A DNA stretch of 38,525 nucleotides from assembly GCA_030054275.1 (NCBI GenBank), contig JASGCF010000001.1:1-38525 (forward strand). Direction: 5' to 3'. Origin of the DNA: Limnohabitans sp. Its GTDB lineage: Bacteria > Planctomycetota > Phycisphaerae > Phycisphaerales > SM1A02. The position numbers and the translations under genes are program-made. The notes under the pieces are model-generated. The model was not told where the DNA came from, did not search any database, and was given only the letters and a program-made list of their open reading frames with translations. Positions 24,668 through 34,101 of the stretch are shown here, piece by piece (the first letter of the stretch is position 1; every line of letters begins with the position of its first letter).

Positions 24668-25423
24668 TTAGCGACGGCGGCGGCGCATACCCAACCCTGC
24701 GAGACCGGCCAGCGCCAATGCGCTCGGGGCCGGAACTGCGGTACCGATGCCGGAGAGTGATGTCGAGAACGACGCTGTATCGCCGGCTGTCAGTGTGAAG
24801 ACGAAGGTCATGGTGACGGAGTCACCGAAGACGGGTGTCGAGACCGGTGTGCCCGACCCGAATGAGCGAGAGCCCAGCGTGGTCGAGCCAGCCGAAGTTC
24901 GTGCAACTTCAAACGGATCTTGGAAGAGCGTCCCGACAAGGGTGCTGCCGGTGGTTGCCGTCCAAAGCGCTTGCGGCGCGACGGTTCGCAGGCGACCGCC
25001 ACCCGTATTTGCAATCAGAGAACCAGAAACCTGCGCTTGGAACGCGCCAGTCATCGGTTGAGTCACATTCGTTGGCAGCGACAGCGACACGATATAAGTC
25101 ACTTCGGCCTGCGAAAGATTCGAGATCGCGATCGTGCCTTGGTGCCACGCCTGAGCGCCAGTCACGGTGCTCCCAACGGTGGTGAGTTCACTGAAGGCGT
25201 TGAAGTTCGCGTTCACATTCCACGCGCCAGGCGAGTTGAATGAACCGCTGTAGATCCCAACACCGCTTGAGACGGAGCTTGGCACCAACGACTCATTCAC
25301 ACTGCTTGAGCCAGCTGTGATGTTCAGCGACATCGGCGGCGCGCCGGCGATGGCCGGGGCTGCAATCGTTGCACAGATGGCTGCGACAGCGACAGAACGC
25401 GTGGCGCTTTGCATAGACAGCAT
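24668..25423 (-). CDS. PEP-CTERM-anchored secreted protein
   Basis: Signal peptide (SVAVAAICATIAAPAIAGA), a Ser/Thr/Gly-rich body, and a C-terminal sorting signal VPAPSALALAGLAGLGMRRRRR (PEP-like motif, hydrophobic helix, Arg cluster). GGGAGGGAG SD lies upstream of ATG 25423. Confidence 0.75.
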   Translation of the reverse strand: MLSMQSATRSVAVAAICATIAAPAIAGAPPMSLNITAGSSSVNESLVPSSVSSGVGIYSGSFNSPGAWNVNANFNAFSELTTVGSTVTGAQAWHQGTIAISNLSQAEVTYIVSLSLPTNVTQPMTGAFQAQVSGSLIANTGGGRLRTVAPQALWTATTGSTLVGTLFQDPFEVARTSAGSTTLGSRSFGSGTPVSTPVFGDSVTMTFVFTLTAGDTASFSTSLSGIGTAVPAPSALALAGLAGLGMRRRRR

Positions 25424-25744
25424 TTCGAAACTCCCTCCCAGTTGCGAAACGCGGGCACAATGGACCGAGGGTCTCGGAAGGAGCTCTAAAGCGTCATTTG
25501 TCGGTTCTTTGAGTTGCGTCGTTGACTTGCCGAACGAGCGATCTCATGCAACTTCGTGCATGGACATCCCTCGAAGACGGAAAGCCTTGAGCGCAACTGA
25601 AAGCGACGACATGCCGCGAACAGCTCGCAATCCTCATCTCTCGTTCAAATGTGAAGCGTTTCTCCCTCTCACTCGACCAAGCAGGTTCCCGCCTGCAAGG
25701 CCAACTCTTTACTGCGCACACGGCGCAGACCCTTTGCGCGGAAT

Positions 25745-26881
25745 CTACTCCACACTTTGGTCGAGGCAAGTCACTTTCGAAATTTCTTCAATTCCGGCCT
25801 CAGCAAGGGCGTGGAAGATGGGGCGACCCGAGTCCGAATAAGCCAAGTTGCTTCCGCGAAACGCCTCTCGCGCTGCAGAAACGGCCTTCACCATGGTGCC
25901 GAAGTCGGGCGCAAGGCGAATCGACTCTTTGAGTGGCTTGATGTGACCCATCGATTTTCCGTACCACGCAATGTGTTGGCGCATGCGAATGGCGGCGCGG
26001 GCTTCGCCTGCGTACGCGGCAGCCAACTCAAGGTGTCGTAACACGACGCTGAACTTCTCGAAGAGCGTTGGTTCGGGCGACGCGGTTCCAGTCGTAAGAA
26101 GCGCATGGGCCCGACGGAAAATCCACGGCGTGCGCAGTGCGGCTCGGGCGATCATCACGCCTGCACATCCCGTCGTGCGAATCATCGACTGCGCGTGCTC
26201 TGGTTCAGACACATCCCCGTTTCCGATGATCGGAATTGTCGGAACAGCTTCGACAACCTCACCGATCGCGTTCCAATCTGCGGTGCCAGAGAAAAACTGC
26301 ACGGTGTAACGGCCGTGCACGGTGACCGCTGCGATGCCGACATCTGCGAGTTGCTTCGCGAGGATCGGGGCGACCTTGTGCTCGGGGTCCCATCCAAGAC
26401 GCATTTTTGCTGTGACGGGCACGCGTCCGCCCGAGTGGCGCGCAACAGTTTCAACGATGCGCTTCGCAAGTGCTGTGGTGTTGCCGCAGTCACGAAGGAG
26501 CAGGCTGCCGCCATTCTTCTTCGCAACTTTGTCGACTGGGCAGCCCATATTGATGTCGACGATTTTCGCGCCGTGGTCGACGGCCCAACATGCAGCTTCT
26601 GGCAGCGGATCTTCGGAGTTTCCGTAGAGTTGCATGCCAGCAGGCTGGTCGAACTCATTCGTGCGCGCGAGATCAAGCGTGCGTGAGGTTTCCCGCAGAA
26701 TCGCGTGCGAATTCAGGAGGTCTGTATACGCACATCCAATGCCACCCTGCTCGCGACACACGATGCGAAAGGCAAGATCTGTATGCCCCGCGATCGGCGC
26801 GAGCAAAAGATTGGAAGTGAGATGGACGGGGCCGATGGTAAGCACGGTGGAGCGGTGGGGTCTGCTCTCAAAGAGTAGCAC
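25745..26881 (-). CDS. dusB: tRNA-dihydrouridine synthase
   Basis: LLLAPIAGHTDLAFR, VDINMGCPVDKVAKKNGGSLLL (catalytic Cys), VPVTAKMRLGWD, VTVHGRY, PIIGNGDV. GTG start at 26881. Confidence 0.9.
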   Translation of the reverse strand: MLLFESRPHRSTVLTIGPVHLTSNLLLAPIAGHTDLAFRIVCREQGGIGCAYTDLLNSHAILRETSRTLDLARTNEFDQPAGMQLYGNSEDPLPEAACWAVDHGAKIVDINMGCPVDKVAKKNGGSLLLRDCGNTTALAKRIVETVARHSGGRVPVTAKMRLGWDPEHKVAPILAKQLADVGIAAVTVHGRYTVQFFSGTADWNAIGEVVEAVPTIPIIGNGDVSEPEHAQSMIRTTGCAGVMIARAALRTPWIFRRAHALLTTGTASPEPTLFEKFSVVLRHLELAAAYAGEARAAIRMRQHIAWYGKSMGHIKPLKESIRLAPDFGTMVKAVSAAREAFRGSNLAYSDSGRPIFHALAEAGIEEISKVTCLDQSVE

Positions 26882-26907
26882 GCGCTGTGCGTCTTTCCGC
26901 GCAGGAG

Positions 26908-29511
26908 CTACCGAAGATGCGCGCTCTTGATTTTGATCATGTCATCTACCAACACGGCGCGTTCCTCGAAGAGATACGCAAGATCTGGGTGTTGTGCCTG
27001 CTTTTTGGTGTCGACCGCCAGTGCGCGTAGTCGATCGGCGACATCGCGCGCAGCGGCAAAGTCTCCACGATCACAGGCGTATCGCGCAAGCAGTGCGAGC
27101 ATGACAGCCGTCTCTTCCATGGTGATCGGCGATTGGGGAACACGAAGTTCAAGTGCGGCTGCGAGCAGAAGGCTTGCGTTCCGCCTCACTGCGTCTTGCG
27201 CCGATCCAGTGAGTCGTGCTGCGTCAGCCATCTTGAGTTCCGCGCGCGCCCATTCGAGATTTCGACGCGATTCCGAACCAAGTGTGAGGTCGCGGCGGTC
27301 AATCTCAGCGAGAAACGCTCGACAGAGTTCGGTGCGTCCCTCGCGCAGCAATCGCAAGGGAAGAGTGTCAGACCAACCAACACTCACATCCGCAAGATTG
27401 ACGGGCGCACCATCATCGCGTGGCCGAACCATGCCCGCAATGAGCGCACAGTCCACCAACTCTGGCAGAAGTTCTGGCGTAGAAACGACAGCATGCAGCC
27501 TGCAGAACTCAAGATCAAGTGCGTTCGCCATCATGATCGCTTCGTGTGCGACAGCGAGATTCTCACCCTCTGCGAACTGCCGAAGGATGGCGTTCGCGCG
27601 CGCAAGATGTGTGCGCGTACGCGCATCAACTGGCTGACCGCTCGCAAGTGTGCGCAGTGTGCTGATCGCAAGCCGCGATGCCGCACTGAGCGCCAACTCG
27701 GGATCCGATGGATCTTGTTCGAGCACGATCTCGGCAACCGCACCAGTGAGCGCTGCATCACTCAAGTAGTCGATGGCACCGATGGTCGAAAGCGCGGCAG
27801 CCCGCAAAATGCGTCGTTCTTGAAGAATTGCGGGAATCGCGCGCTCCATCGTTGCCAGCGCCGCTGCGTCTGTGCGATCAATCGCGAGATCCAACAGTGC
27901 CTGCTCAAAGTGGCGCGTACTTGACTGTTGCCCTTTCGGATCGGCGAGACGCGCTGCAACGATTTTCTGCACCAATGCGCAGCGTTTGGCGTCTTCAACA
28001 AGTCCAAGAGCGATGCAACTGACTTGCAAGAGGCGCGCTGGCTCTTCGTAGCCGCGAATCACATCGTGAGTTGTCATGAGTGATGCGCGTTGCTCAAGTT
28101 CTGCGATGCGTGTTCGCAGGTACTCGGCGAGCGAGATTTCGCGCGCGGTCGCAGCGTTCAGATCCTTCGGAAAGAACACATCGAGGAATGCTGTATAGGC
28201 TGTACCTGTTTGATCTGCAAGCTTCGCTGCGTCAAGTGCAGCGGTGCGTGCGTAGGTCGCGTACCAAAGACTGATACCTGTCGCAGCGAGCAGCGACAGC
28301 GTGAGCGCGCAAGACATCGCTGCGACGGCTGGATGTCGCTGCGCAGACAACCACGCGCGGCCAACAAAGCGACGCGGTCGCGCCGTGATCGGACGCTTCT
28401 CAAGAAATGCGCGGAGATCCTCGGAAAACGCGGCGACCGTGCGATAGCGCTTCTCTGGATCAATGGCTGTTGCCTTGGCAATGATGCACGCAAGATCGCC
28501 GCGCGTTGAGCGATGAGCGTTTGGTGGTGGGCGAAATTCAAGTGTTCCGAGAGCAATCAATACTTTCGCTGGCGACGCATCACACAGTGCCTGTGGAAGC
28601 GTTTCGTACACGCATTGGTAGAGCAAGACGCCAAGCGCGCGAACATCAGCGCGTGCATCAGTTGGCGGCAGTGCGCGTCGAATATGCGATGTCGTGTTTG
28701 TGGTCGGGCTTGCGTTTTCGTTCGAAAGACGCAGGATTTCTGGCGCGAGATACGCAGGTGTACCGCACGCTGCAAGCGGATCACTCTGATCGACGCCCAC
28801 GGACGCGATGCCGAAGTCGATGACTTTCGGCTGCCCATCGTGGCCGACCAAAATGTTCGATGGTTTCAGATCGCGATGGATGAAACCAGCCGCATGCGCG
28901 TGTGCGACAGCGTCTGCAACATCTGCAATCAACGCGATACGCGCGCGCATTGAAAGCGTGAGTGCCTGAGTGGCAAGGTCGCGCGCATGCTCGACAAGTT
29001 CCATGGCGATCCATGCGCGACCTTCCCATTCACCGGCTGCGAAGATTGTTGCGATACCAGGATGACGCAGTGCAGCAAGTGCATTTCGCTCGCGAAGTGC
29101 TGCAACCGCATGCACCGTGCGCGTATTGAGATCGATGAGTTTGAGCGCCACCATGCGCTGCGGAACTTGCTGCTTTGCCGACCACACTTCGCCCATGCCA
29201 CCGGTACCGAGTTGCGCGACAAGTTCAAACTCTCCGACCATGACGCCCGTTTCAAGGGGTGCGCGATTCATTCGTGCGCTCGGTTCGTTCGCGTCGTGTT
29301 CTGCAAGACGCGTGAACACCGTTGTGGTTTGTACATCTCGCGTGGCCGCCGCGAGAAGTCGGGTGACAAACACTGCACTTGCGTTGTCGCGTATGCGCAG
29401 CGCAGTCAAAGCACGCTCGCGCGCTTCAGGGTCGAGCGTCATCAAATACTCAAACACATCGAAGGTATTGCTCGCATTGCACGACTGCGCATCGCGTGAT
29501 TCGTGTGTCAT
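26908..29511 (-). CDS. Membrane Ser/Thr protein kinase with a large helical C-terminal domain
   Basis: ATG at 29511 overlaps the sigma-factor stop (ATGA). Kinase motifs: LGTGGMGEVW, VALK, HRDLKPSNIL, DFGIA, GTPAYLAPE. TM helix AVAAMSCALTLSLLAATGISLWYA, then about 430 aa that look helical or TPR-like. Confidence 0.9.
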   Translation of the reverse strand: MTHESRDAQSCNASNTFDVFEYLMTLDPEARERALTALRIRDNASAVFVTRLLAAATRDVQTTTVFTRLAEHDANEPSARMNRAPLETGVMVGEFELVAQLGTGGMGEVWSAKQQVPQRMVALKLIDLNTRTVHAVAALRERNALAALRHPGIATIFAAGEWEGRAWIAMELVEHARDLATQALTLSMRARIALIADVADAVAHAHAAGFIHRDLKPSNILVGHDGQPKVIDFGIASVGVDQSDPLAACGTPAYLAPEILRLSNENASPTTNTTSHIRRALPPTDARADVRALGVLLYQCVYETLPQALCDASPAKVLIALGTLEFRPPPNAHRSTRGDLACIIAKATAIDPEKRYRTVAAFSEDLRAFLEKRPITARPRRFVGRAWLSAQRHPAVAAMSCALTLSLLAATGISLWYATYARTAALDAAKLADQTGTAYTAFLDVFFPKDLNAATAREISLAEYLRTRIAELEQRASLMTTHDVIRGYEEPARLLQVSCIALGLVEDAKRCALVQKIVAARLADPKGQQSSTRHFEQALLDLAIDRTDAAALATMERAIPAILQERRILRAAALSTIGAIDYLSDAALTGAVAEIVLEQDPSDPELALSAASRLAISTLRTLASGQPVDARTRTHLARANAILRQFAEGENLAVAHEAIMMANALDLEFCRLHAVVSTPELLPELVDCALIAGMVRPRDDGAPVNLADVSVGWSDTLPLRLLREGRTELCRAFLAEIDRRDLTLGSESRRNLEWARAELKMADAARLTGSAQDAVRRNASLLLAAALELRVPQSPITMEETAVMLALLARYACDRGDFAAARDVADRLRALAVDTKKQAQHPDLAYLFEERAVLVDDMIKIKSAHLR

Positions 29512-30137
29512 GCATCTGGTCCTGTCGTGGATGTATCGGAGTGTGCAGCGACAAGCCATGCGCGCGCAAACGCCACATCACGCTTTGCCTGTGTTGGTGA
29601 GATGCCAAGCGCGATGGCAATGTGCTCTGGCGAGATATCGCCAAACATGCGCATTTCTAGCGCTTTTGCTTGCCGCGGATAGCGCTCAGCCAAGCGCGTG
29701 AGTGATTCATCGATCGAAAGAATCGCGGCAGGTTCGCGTGGCGCACCTTCCACATCGGTTGGCAGTGCGATAGGGCGATGTCCGTCACCCCGTTTTCCTG
29801 CAGACTTGGTTCGTGCGTCATCAACAAGAGCTCTCCGCGCAACCAGCGAAGCAAGTGCAAGCAGGTGTTGTTGATCGTGCACGGGATTGCGATCACTGCG
29901 CGCAAGCCGAAGCCAAATTTCGTGTACGAGTGAGGTGGTTCCTGGTGCGGTGGTGCGCGATTCGCTGCGTAATGCACGCGCCGCGATCGCTCGCAACTCG
30001 TCGTAGAGACTCGGATCAACCGCGCGTAGTTGGTCGTAGCGCGGTCCTTCGTTTTGCTGTTGATCGTGTTGCGACGCGTGCGTTGCATCGGACGCGTCAT
30101 GCTCTGGTCTCTTTTCCGTGTCGCGCTTTTCAGGCAT
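29508..30137 (-). CDS. ECF-type sigma-70 factor, TIGR02999-like (kinase-associated ECF group)
   Basis: LYDELRAIAARALRSE..TSLVHEIWLRL (region 2), AGKRGDG, and a region 4 HTH ALEMRMFGDISPEHIAIALGISPTQAKRDVAFARAWL. Confidence 0.88.
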   Translation of the reverse strand: MPEKRDTEKRPEHDASDATHASQHDQQQNEGPRYDQLRAVDPSLYDELRAIAARALRSESRTTAPGTTSLVHEIWLRLARSDRNPVHDQQHLLALASLVARRALVDDARTKSAGKRGDGHRPIALPTDVEGAPREPAAILSIDESLTRLAERYPRQAKALEMRMFGDISPEHIAIALGISPTQAKRDVAFARAWLVAAHSDTSTTGPDA

Positions 30138-30346
30138 CGCAGTAGTGTGGCCGACAGGCGCGAGTTTCGCTTTTCTTCAGCCGCTGCGTTGCGAGGGGAT
30201 TCGAGGCGCGGAAGTTGAGGATTTTTCAGAACGGATGGTCTGAGCCGCAATTTCTTTCGCTGTAGGGGATGAGTCGTGACTTTCTGTCGTTTGCAGACGG
30301 GCGGCTTGTTGTGCCATTGGAAGACCGTGTATTGCACAGAGGTGCA

Positions 30347-31240
30347 ATGAGGAGAAGACGCATGCAGGTTGGATCTTGGAAGTGTGGTGTGTTGGGTGGT
30401 TGCCCATCGATCGTGGTCGGATATGCGCCTCGCGCCGATGGGGTTGCGCGGGTGGTGGCGTGTGCAGCAGCGGTGGCTGCGCTTTCGTCTGCGTCCGCGG
30501 TGTTCGCGGATGAAACGACCGATGGCGGTCCGGTCGGCGGCACTGCCGAACTCGGACAGGGAATCTATATCGGTACCGATATCGGCGTGTCGTTTGTCTC
30601 GGATGTGAAGATCAAAGACTATGTGCCGACACCTGGCTCACTTGAGTTCGGCACAGCAGGCGTCAAGGCGGATGTAGACGCTGGTGTTGCGTGGAACATC
30701 GACCTCGGATATCGCTTCAACGAAACATTCGCACTCGAACTTGAAAGCGGTTTCTATCGCAACGGTTTCGGCGGGTTCAGCGCTGGCGAGTTCCAAACCG
30801 GTATCGGTCTTTCGACACCAATCACGGGTGGCGACGGCAACTTCACGCAGATTCCGATCTTCGTAAACGGCAAGTTCGACATTCCGCTGGTGAAGCGCGA
30901 GGCAGGGAGCAGCGGTGGTTTGAATCTGAAGCTCGGCGGCGGCGTCGGTGTCGTGCATGTCGGCGCAGATCTCAGCGATATCCAAGCTGTTGGTGTTCCT
31001 GGCGTCACCGCCGCAGTCGATGGCGGTAGTTGGGAATTCGGCGGGCAGTTCATCGCTGGCCTCGGTTGGCAACTCACATCTGCGATCGAAATCGGGCTTG
31101 AGTACCGACTGATGGCTGTGACGGGCGCGAACCTCGGGCTCGCGAGTTTCAATACGCCACTTCTCGAACCGATTGCAGATATCGAGACAGACTCGATTCT
31201 CACGCAAGCGGTGCAGGCGCGAATCTCGTTCAAGTTCTGA
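30347..31240 (+). CDS. Outer-membrane beta-barrel protein (OMP_b-brl/OmpW-like)
   Basis: Signal peptide (ACAAAVAALSSASAVFADE). Alternating amphipathic strands (GVAWNIDLGYRFNETFALELESGFYRN, GQFIAGLGWQLTSAIEIGLEYRLMAV). The C-terminus ISFKF ends in Phe. Confidence 0.7.
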   Translation: MRRRRMQVGSWKCGVLGGCPSIVVGYAPRADGVARVVACAAAVAALSSASAVFADETTDGGPVGGTAELGQGIYIGTDIGVSFVSDVKIKDYVPTPGSLEFGTAGVKADVDAGVAWNIDLGYRFNETFALELESGFYRNGFGGFSAGEFQTGIGLSTPITGGDGNFTQIPIFVNGKFDIPLVKREAGSSGGLNLKLGGGVGVVHVGADLSDIQAVGVPGVTAAVDGGSWEFGGQFIAGLGWQLTSAIEIGLEYRLMAVTGANLGLASFNTPLLEPIADIETDSILTQAVQARISFKF

Positions 31241-31294
31241 TTCGCTGCGCAGCGTGATCGCTGTGGCGCGTCGAACACAATCTTGGTGAGCATG

Positions 31295-31345
31295 ACGGGC
31301 GGCGCGTGTCCTGCACGCGCCGTCCGTGTGTTGCTTCGTGTTGCT
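31295..31345 (+). terminator. Terminator-like hairpin between the convergent OMP and FkbM genes
   Basis: ACGGGCGGCGCGTG-TCCTG-CACGCGCCGTCCGT (14 bp with one G:U), followed by a GT-rich tail GTGTTGCTTCGTGTTGCTTG. Confidence 0.5.
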
Positions 31346-31365
31346 TGCTGTTCTGTGTCGGCTTG

Positions 31366-31985
31366 TCACCGAATGTCGAGCGTCGTGTTTCGCAGCAAGA
31401 TGTCGGCGTCGTAGAGCTTCACGATTTCGAAGCCGGGCAGCATGTCGAGGAGGGCCTCGAGTTTCGGGGCACCTTCGAAGAGTTCGTCGTTCGAATACTC
31501 GGTGTAGAGGAACCGCGTGCGCGCAAGCGTCGCGCGGCCGCCCGCGACGAGGTCGGCCTCGGCGCCCTGCGTGTCGGCCCAAATGAAGTCGATGGTGCCG
31601 GGCTCGTGCTTCTGCGACCAAGTGTCGAGTGTGCGGACCTCGACGCGGATCGTGCGGTTGAACTTGCACCACGGCCACTTCTCTGTGTGCGTCTTCGGTG
31701 CGCGCAGCGAGCCGGACTGGTCCCAGCCCTTCGGGTACTCGGCCTTGAGGTCGGGTGTTGCGTCGGGCGGCGGTCTGCGACCGTCTTGCGGAAGGCCTCG
31801 GCCGCACGCGGGTCCGGCTCGAACGCGTGCAGCCGCGCGGTCGGGAACGCACGCAGGAGCAGTTGCGTGTGCTGTCCGTGGTTGGCGCCGATCTCGAGGA
31901 TGAGCTGCGGCGACGGCCCGATCAGCCGCTGCAGGAGTGCTGCGTTGATCGGTTCCGGTGAGATCGGCGGCAGTGGGCGGGGCAT
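31366..31985 (-). pseudogene. FkbM-family methyltransferase split across two reading frames (frameshift near 31760-31785)
   Basis: Frame A from ATG 31985 reads MPRPLPPISPEPINAALLQRLIGPSPQLILEIGANHGQHTQLLLRAFPTARLHAFEPDPRAAEAFRKTV and then degenerates. Frame B reads PPPDATPDLKAEYPKGWDQSGSLRAPKTH..GTIDFIWADTQGAEADLVAGGRATLARTRFLYTEYSNDELFEG..ILLRN through to TGA at 31366. The switch falls in the run GACCGCCGCCCGACG. Confidence 0.6.
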
Positions 31986-32121
31986 GGTTGGGAGCGGTGC
32001 GAGGTGCGTGCGACACCTTCGCGCACGCTCCCGTGCATCGGCCGGATCGGGGTAGGGTCATGAGGCCCGGGGAGGGCGCACGGAGAGTGCACCGAACGCG
32101 CGCGGAAGGAGCACCGAACCG

Positions 32122-33066
32122 TTACGGACACGCGCCCCACATGCCGAGGACTTGCGCGAGATCTGCGCCGTCGACGGTGCCATCGTCGTTGGTGTCGGCG
32201 CGCGGATAGTCCTTCGGATTGGTGCCCCAACGACCAAGGACGATTGCGAGATCGACGCCGTCGACCACTGTGTTTTCATCGATGTCGCCGGGGCAGAGAG
32301 GTGCGCACGCGGGGAAGCCTCCGTCGGTGTTGCCGAGCGTGGGGCTGGAGGCGGATGCACCGGTCTGCACGTGGACACCGATCTGACATTGGAATTGGCT
32401 TGCGCTCTCATCGATGAGCGTTGTCGTGCCGGCTGGCTCGTTGAACTTGAGGAGGAGTTGTGTGCTTGCGTCAGCGGTGACTTCACATTCGTATGGCGGC
32501 GTGAAGTCGGAGGTGTAGCGCGCGCCGGAACTCACTCGAATCCAATCAAGGTCGCCGAGGAAGGATGCGCGATCGGTGCCAAACTGCTGCCGAAACATCC
32601 CGATCGACATCCACGAGTCAGCCGCATCGCCATAGCAGCTGTTGAAAGTCCTCGAGGCGCGAAGCAATCCGTCGATGTAAAACTTCAACAGGCTGCCTTC
32701 GTGCACATATGCCACATGGATCCACTGACCTTCTGGGACTGCGCCGAGGTTGCCCGTGACATTGCCTGAGGATCCCGCGCATCCGCTGGCGAGATAGTCG
32801 CCGTTGGGGCCGAGCTGAAGGTTCTTATCCTCGGTGCCAATGCGTTGCTCCCAAATGATGGAGCCGCGCGGGCTACCAGCAAGAAACCGAATACGCGCCT
32901 CGTAGGTGAAATCACCTTGGGCGAACACCGTGTTCCCGAGAATCCGAATGGTGTCACTCGTCTGATCAAACCGCGCGTAGCCGCTGTTCTGGGCGTGTGC
33001 GCTTGTGACCAAAACTGCAGCACCGAGCGCGGCCGCTTGAATCGTTGCCATCCGTTGCATTTTCAT
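32122..33066 (-). CDS. Secreted LamG (concanavalin-A-like lectin) protein with two C-terminal dockerin-like EF-hand repeats
   Basis: ATG at 33066 or 33060, preceded by GGAG. Signal peptide MKMQRMATIQAAALGAAVLVTSAHA|Q. LamG pattern: GQWIHVAYVHEGSLLKFYIDGLL..FLGDLDWIRVSSGARY. Repeats: DIDENTVVDGVDLAIVLGRWG and DTNDDGTVDGADLAQVLGMWG. The frame stays open upstream to ATG 33348 (see findings). Confidence 0.78.
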   Translation of the reverse strand: MKMQRMATIQAAALGAAVLVTSAHAQNSGYARFDQTSDTIRILGNTVFAQGDFTYEARIRFLAGSPRGSIIWEQRIGTEDKNLQLGPNGDYLASGCAGSSGNVTGNLGAVPEGQWIHVAYVHEGSLLKFYIDGLLRASRTFNSCYGDAADSWMSIGMFRQQFGTDRASFLGDLDWIRVSSGARYTSDFTPPYECEVTADASTQLLLKFNEPAGTTTLIDESASQFQCQIGVHVQTGASASSPTLGNTDGGFPACAPLCPGDIDENTVVDGVDLAIVLGRWGTNPKDYPRADTNDDGTVDGADLAQVLGMWGACP

Positions 33067-33322
33067 TGACTCCACTACAGCAGCGTGTGCCGCGCGCTCA
33101 GCCGGGGAAACGAACCGACTCGTGCGCGAAGCGAACTGTGCGGTAGTCGAGAGAGGCGCGGCGTTCGTGCCATGCCACGCAAGCCCCGCGATTCCGACAA
33201 AGAGCGCTGCGAACATGGAGAGCGCGACGCGACGCGCGTGCGGGCGCGTGCGCGATTGCACCTGGTCATCTGCCGCGAGCGCGCGTCGCAAACGCCGCAA
33301 TCGCAGCGGGTTGAGTCGCGTT

Positions 33323-34060
33323 TCACTCGCGTGCGTCATGGCCGTCATCGAAGAGAATCGCGTCGAGTTCTCGGGCGCGTTCCGTTGGATCGGGGAACTC
33401 TTCCGTCAAGATCGCATCGATTTCGGCGCGCAGGCGACGCAGCACGGTGCGAGTCATCGACGGTGCGGAGAGCGCAGAAATCCCAAGTTCGCGCTCGAGT
33501 TCTGGGTACGGCCGTCCATCCAAGATGTGCCGTGTGAACAAGCGCCACGCTTCCGGACGACCCTCGCGCGCGTACTGCTCACTCACGCGGTCGCACGCTG
33601 CCTGTAGGACGCCGTCGCGCCATGCAATTTCGAGCGCACGCCACGGCGCAGGCTCTACCTGTCCAGTCGGTTGTGCGATTTCCGGGGCGCGGCGCGCGCG
33701 ACGCTCTTCCGCAATGCGCTCATGCGCGTAGAGCAGAAGCCCGTTCACAAGCCAACGCCGCAACGAAACACGCGGTTGGACGGCGAGCCAGCGCGCGAGG
33801 TAGTCGTCGCGCTGCGCGAAGCGTGACGCGAGGAACCCATTGACGAGATCTTCGGCGGGTGCAATACCGCGCAGGCTTGATTGACGCGCGTAGAGAAGTA
33901 GTGGCTCGTACGCGCGCTCCATGACATGTCGTGCGGCACCGAGGTGGTCGCCTTGCGCGATCGTCTCTGCGATGTGGGTACGGTGGGTCGATGGGAAATT
34001 GTCGAGAAGCGCCACGGTGCGGAAGATAGAAACCTCTGTCGCGTTCATGCCATCATGCAT
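33323..34060 (-). CDS. Atypical sigma-70/ECF-like factor (tentative)
   Basis: Region-2-like LRRWLVNGLLLYAHERIAEERR and a C-terminal HTH-like PYPELERELGISALSAPSMTRTVLRRLRAEI. Start uncertain: ATG 34060 or 34048, or TTG 34096. Confidence 0.5.
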   Translation of the reverse strand: MHDGMNATEVSIFRTVALLDNFPSTHRTHIAETIAQGDHLGAARHVMERAYEPLLLYARQSSLRGIAPAEDLVNGFLASRFAQRDDYLARWLAVQPRVSLRRWLVNGLLLYAHERIAEERRARRAPEIAQPTGQVEPAPWRALEIAWRDGVLQAACDRVSEQYAREGRPEAWRLFTRHILDGRPYPELERELGISALSAPSMTRTVLRRLRAEIDAILTEEFPDPTERARELDAILFDDGHDARE

Positions 34061-34101
34061 GCAAACTTCAGGCGAATCGCGACGCGATGCATGCAATTCG
34101 A

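Noticed and set aside
30638-31852. 404-aa Arg-rich minus-strand ORF spanning the OMP gene and the FkbM remnant
   Set aside because: It is the third frame over the FkbM region and antisense to a convincing beta-barrel gene. The composition (RPRGR, RRR runs) is characteristic of an out-of-frame reading of GC-rich DNA.
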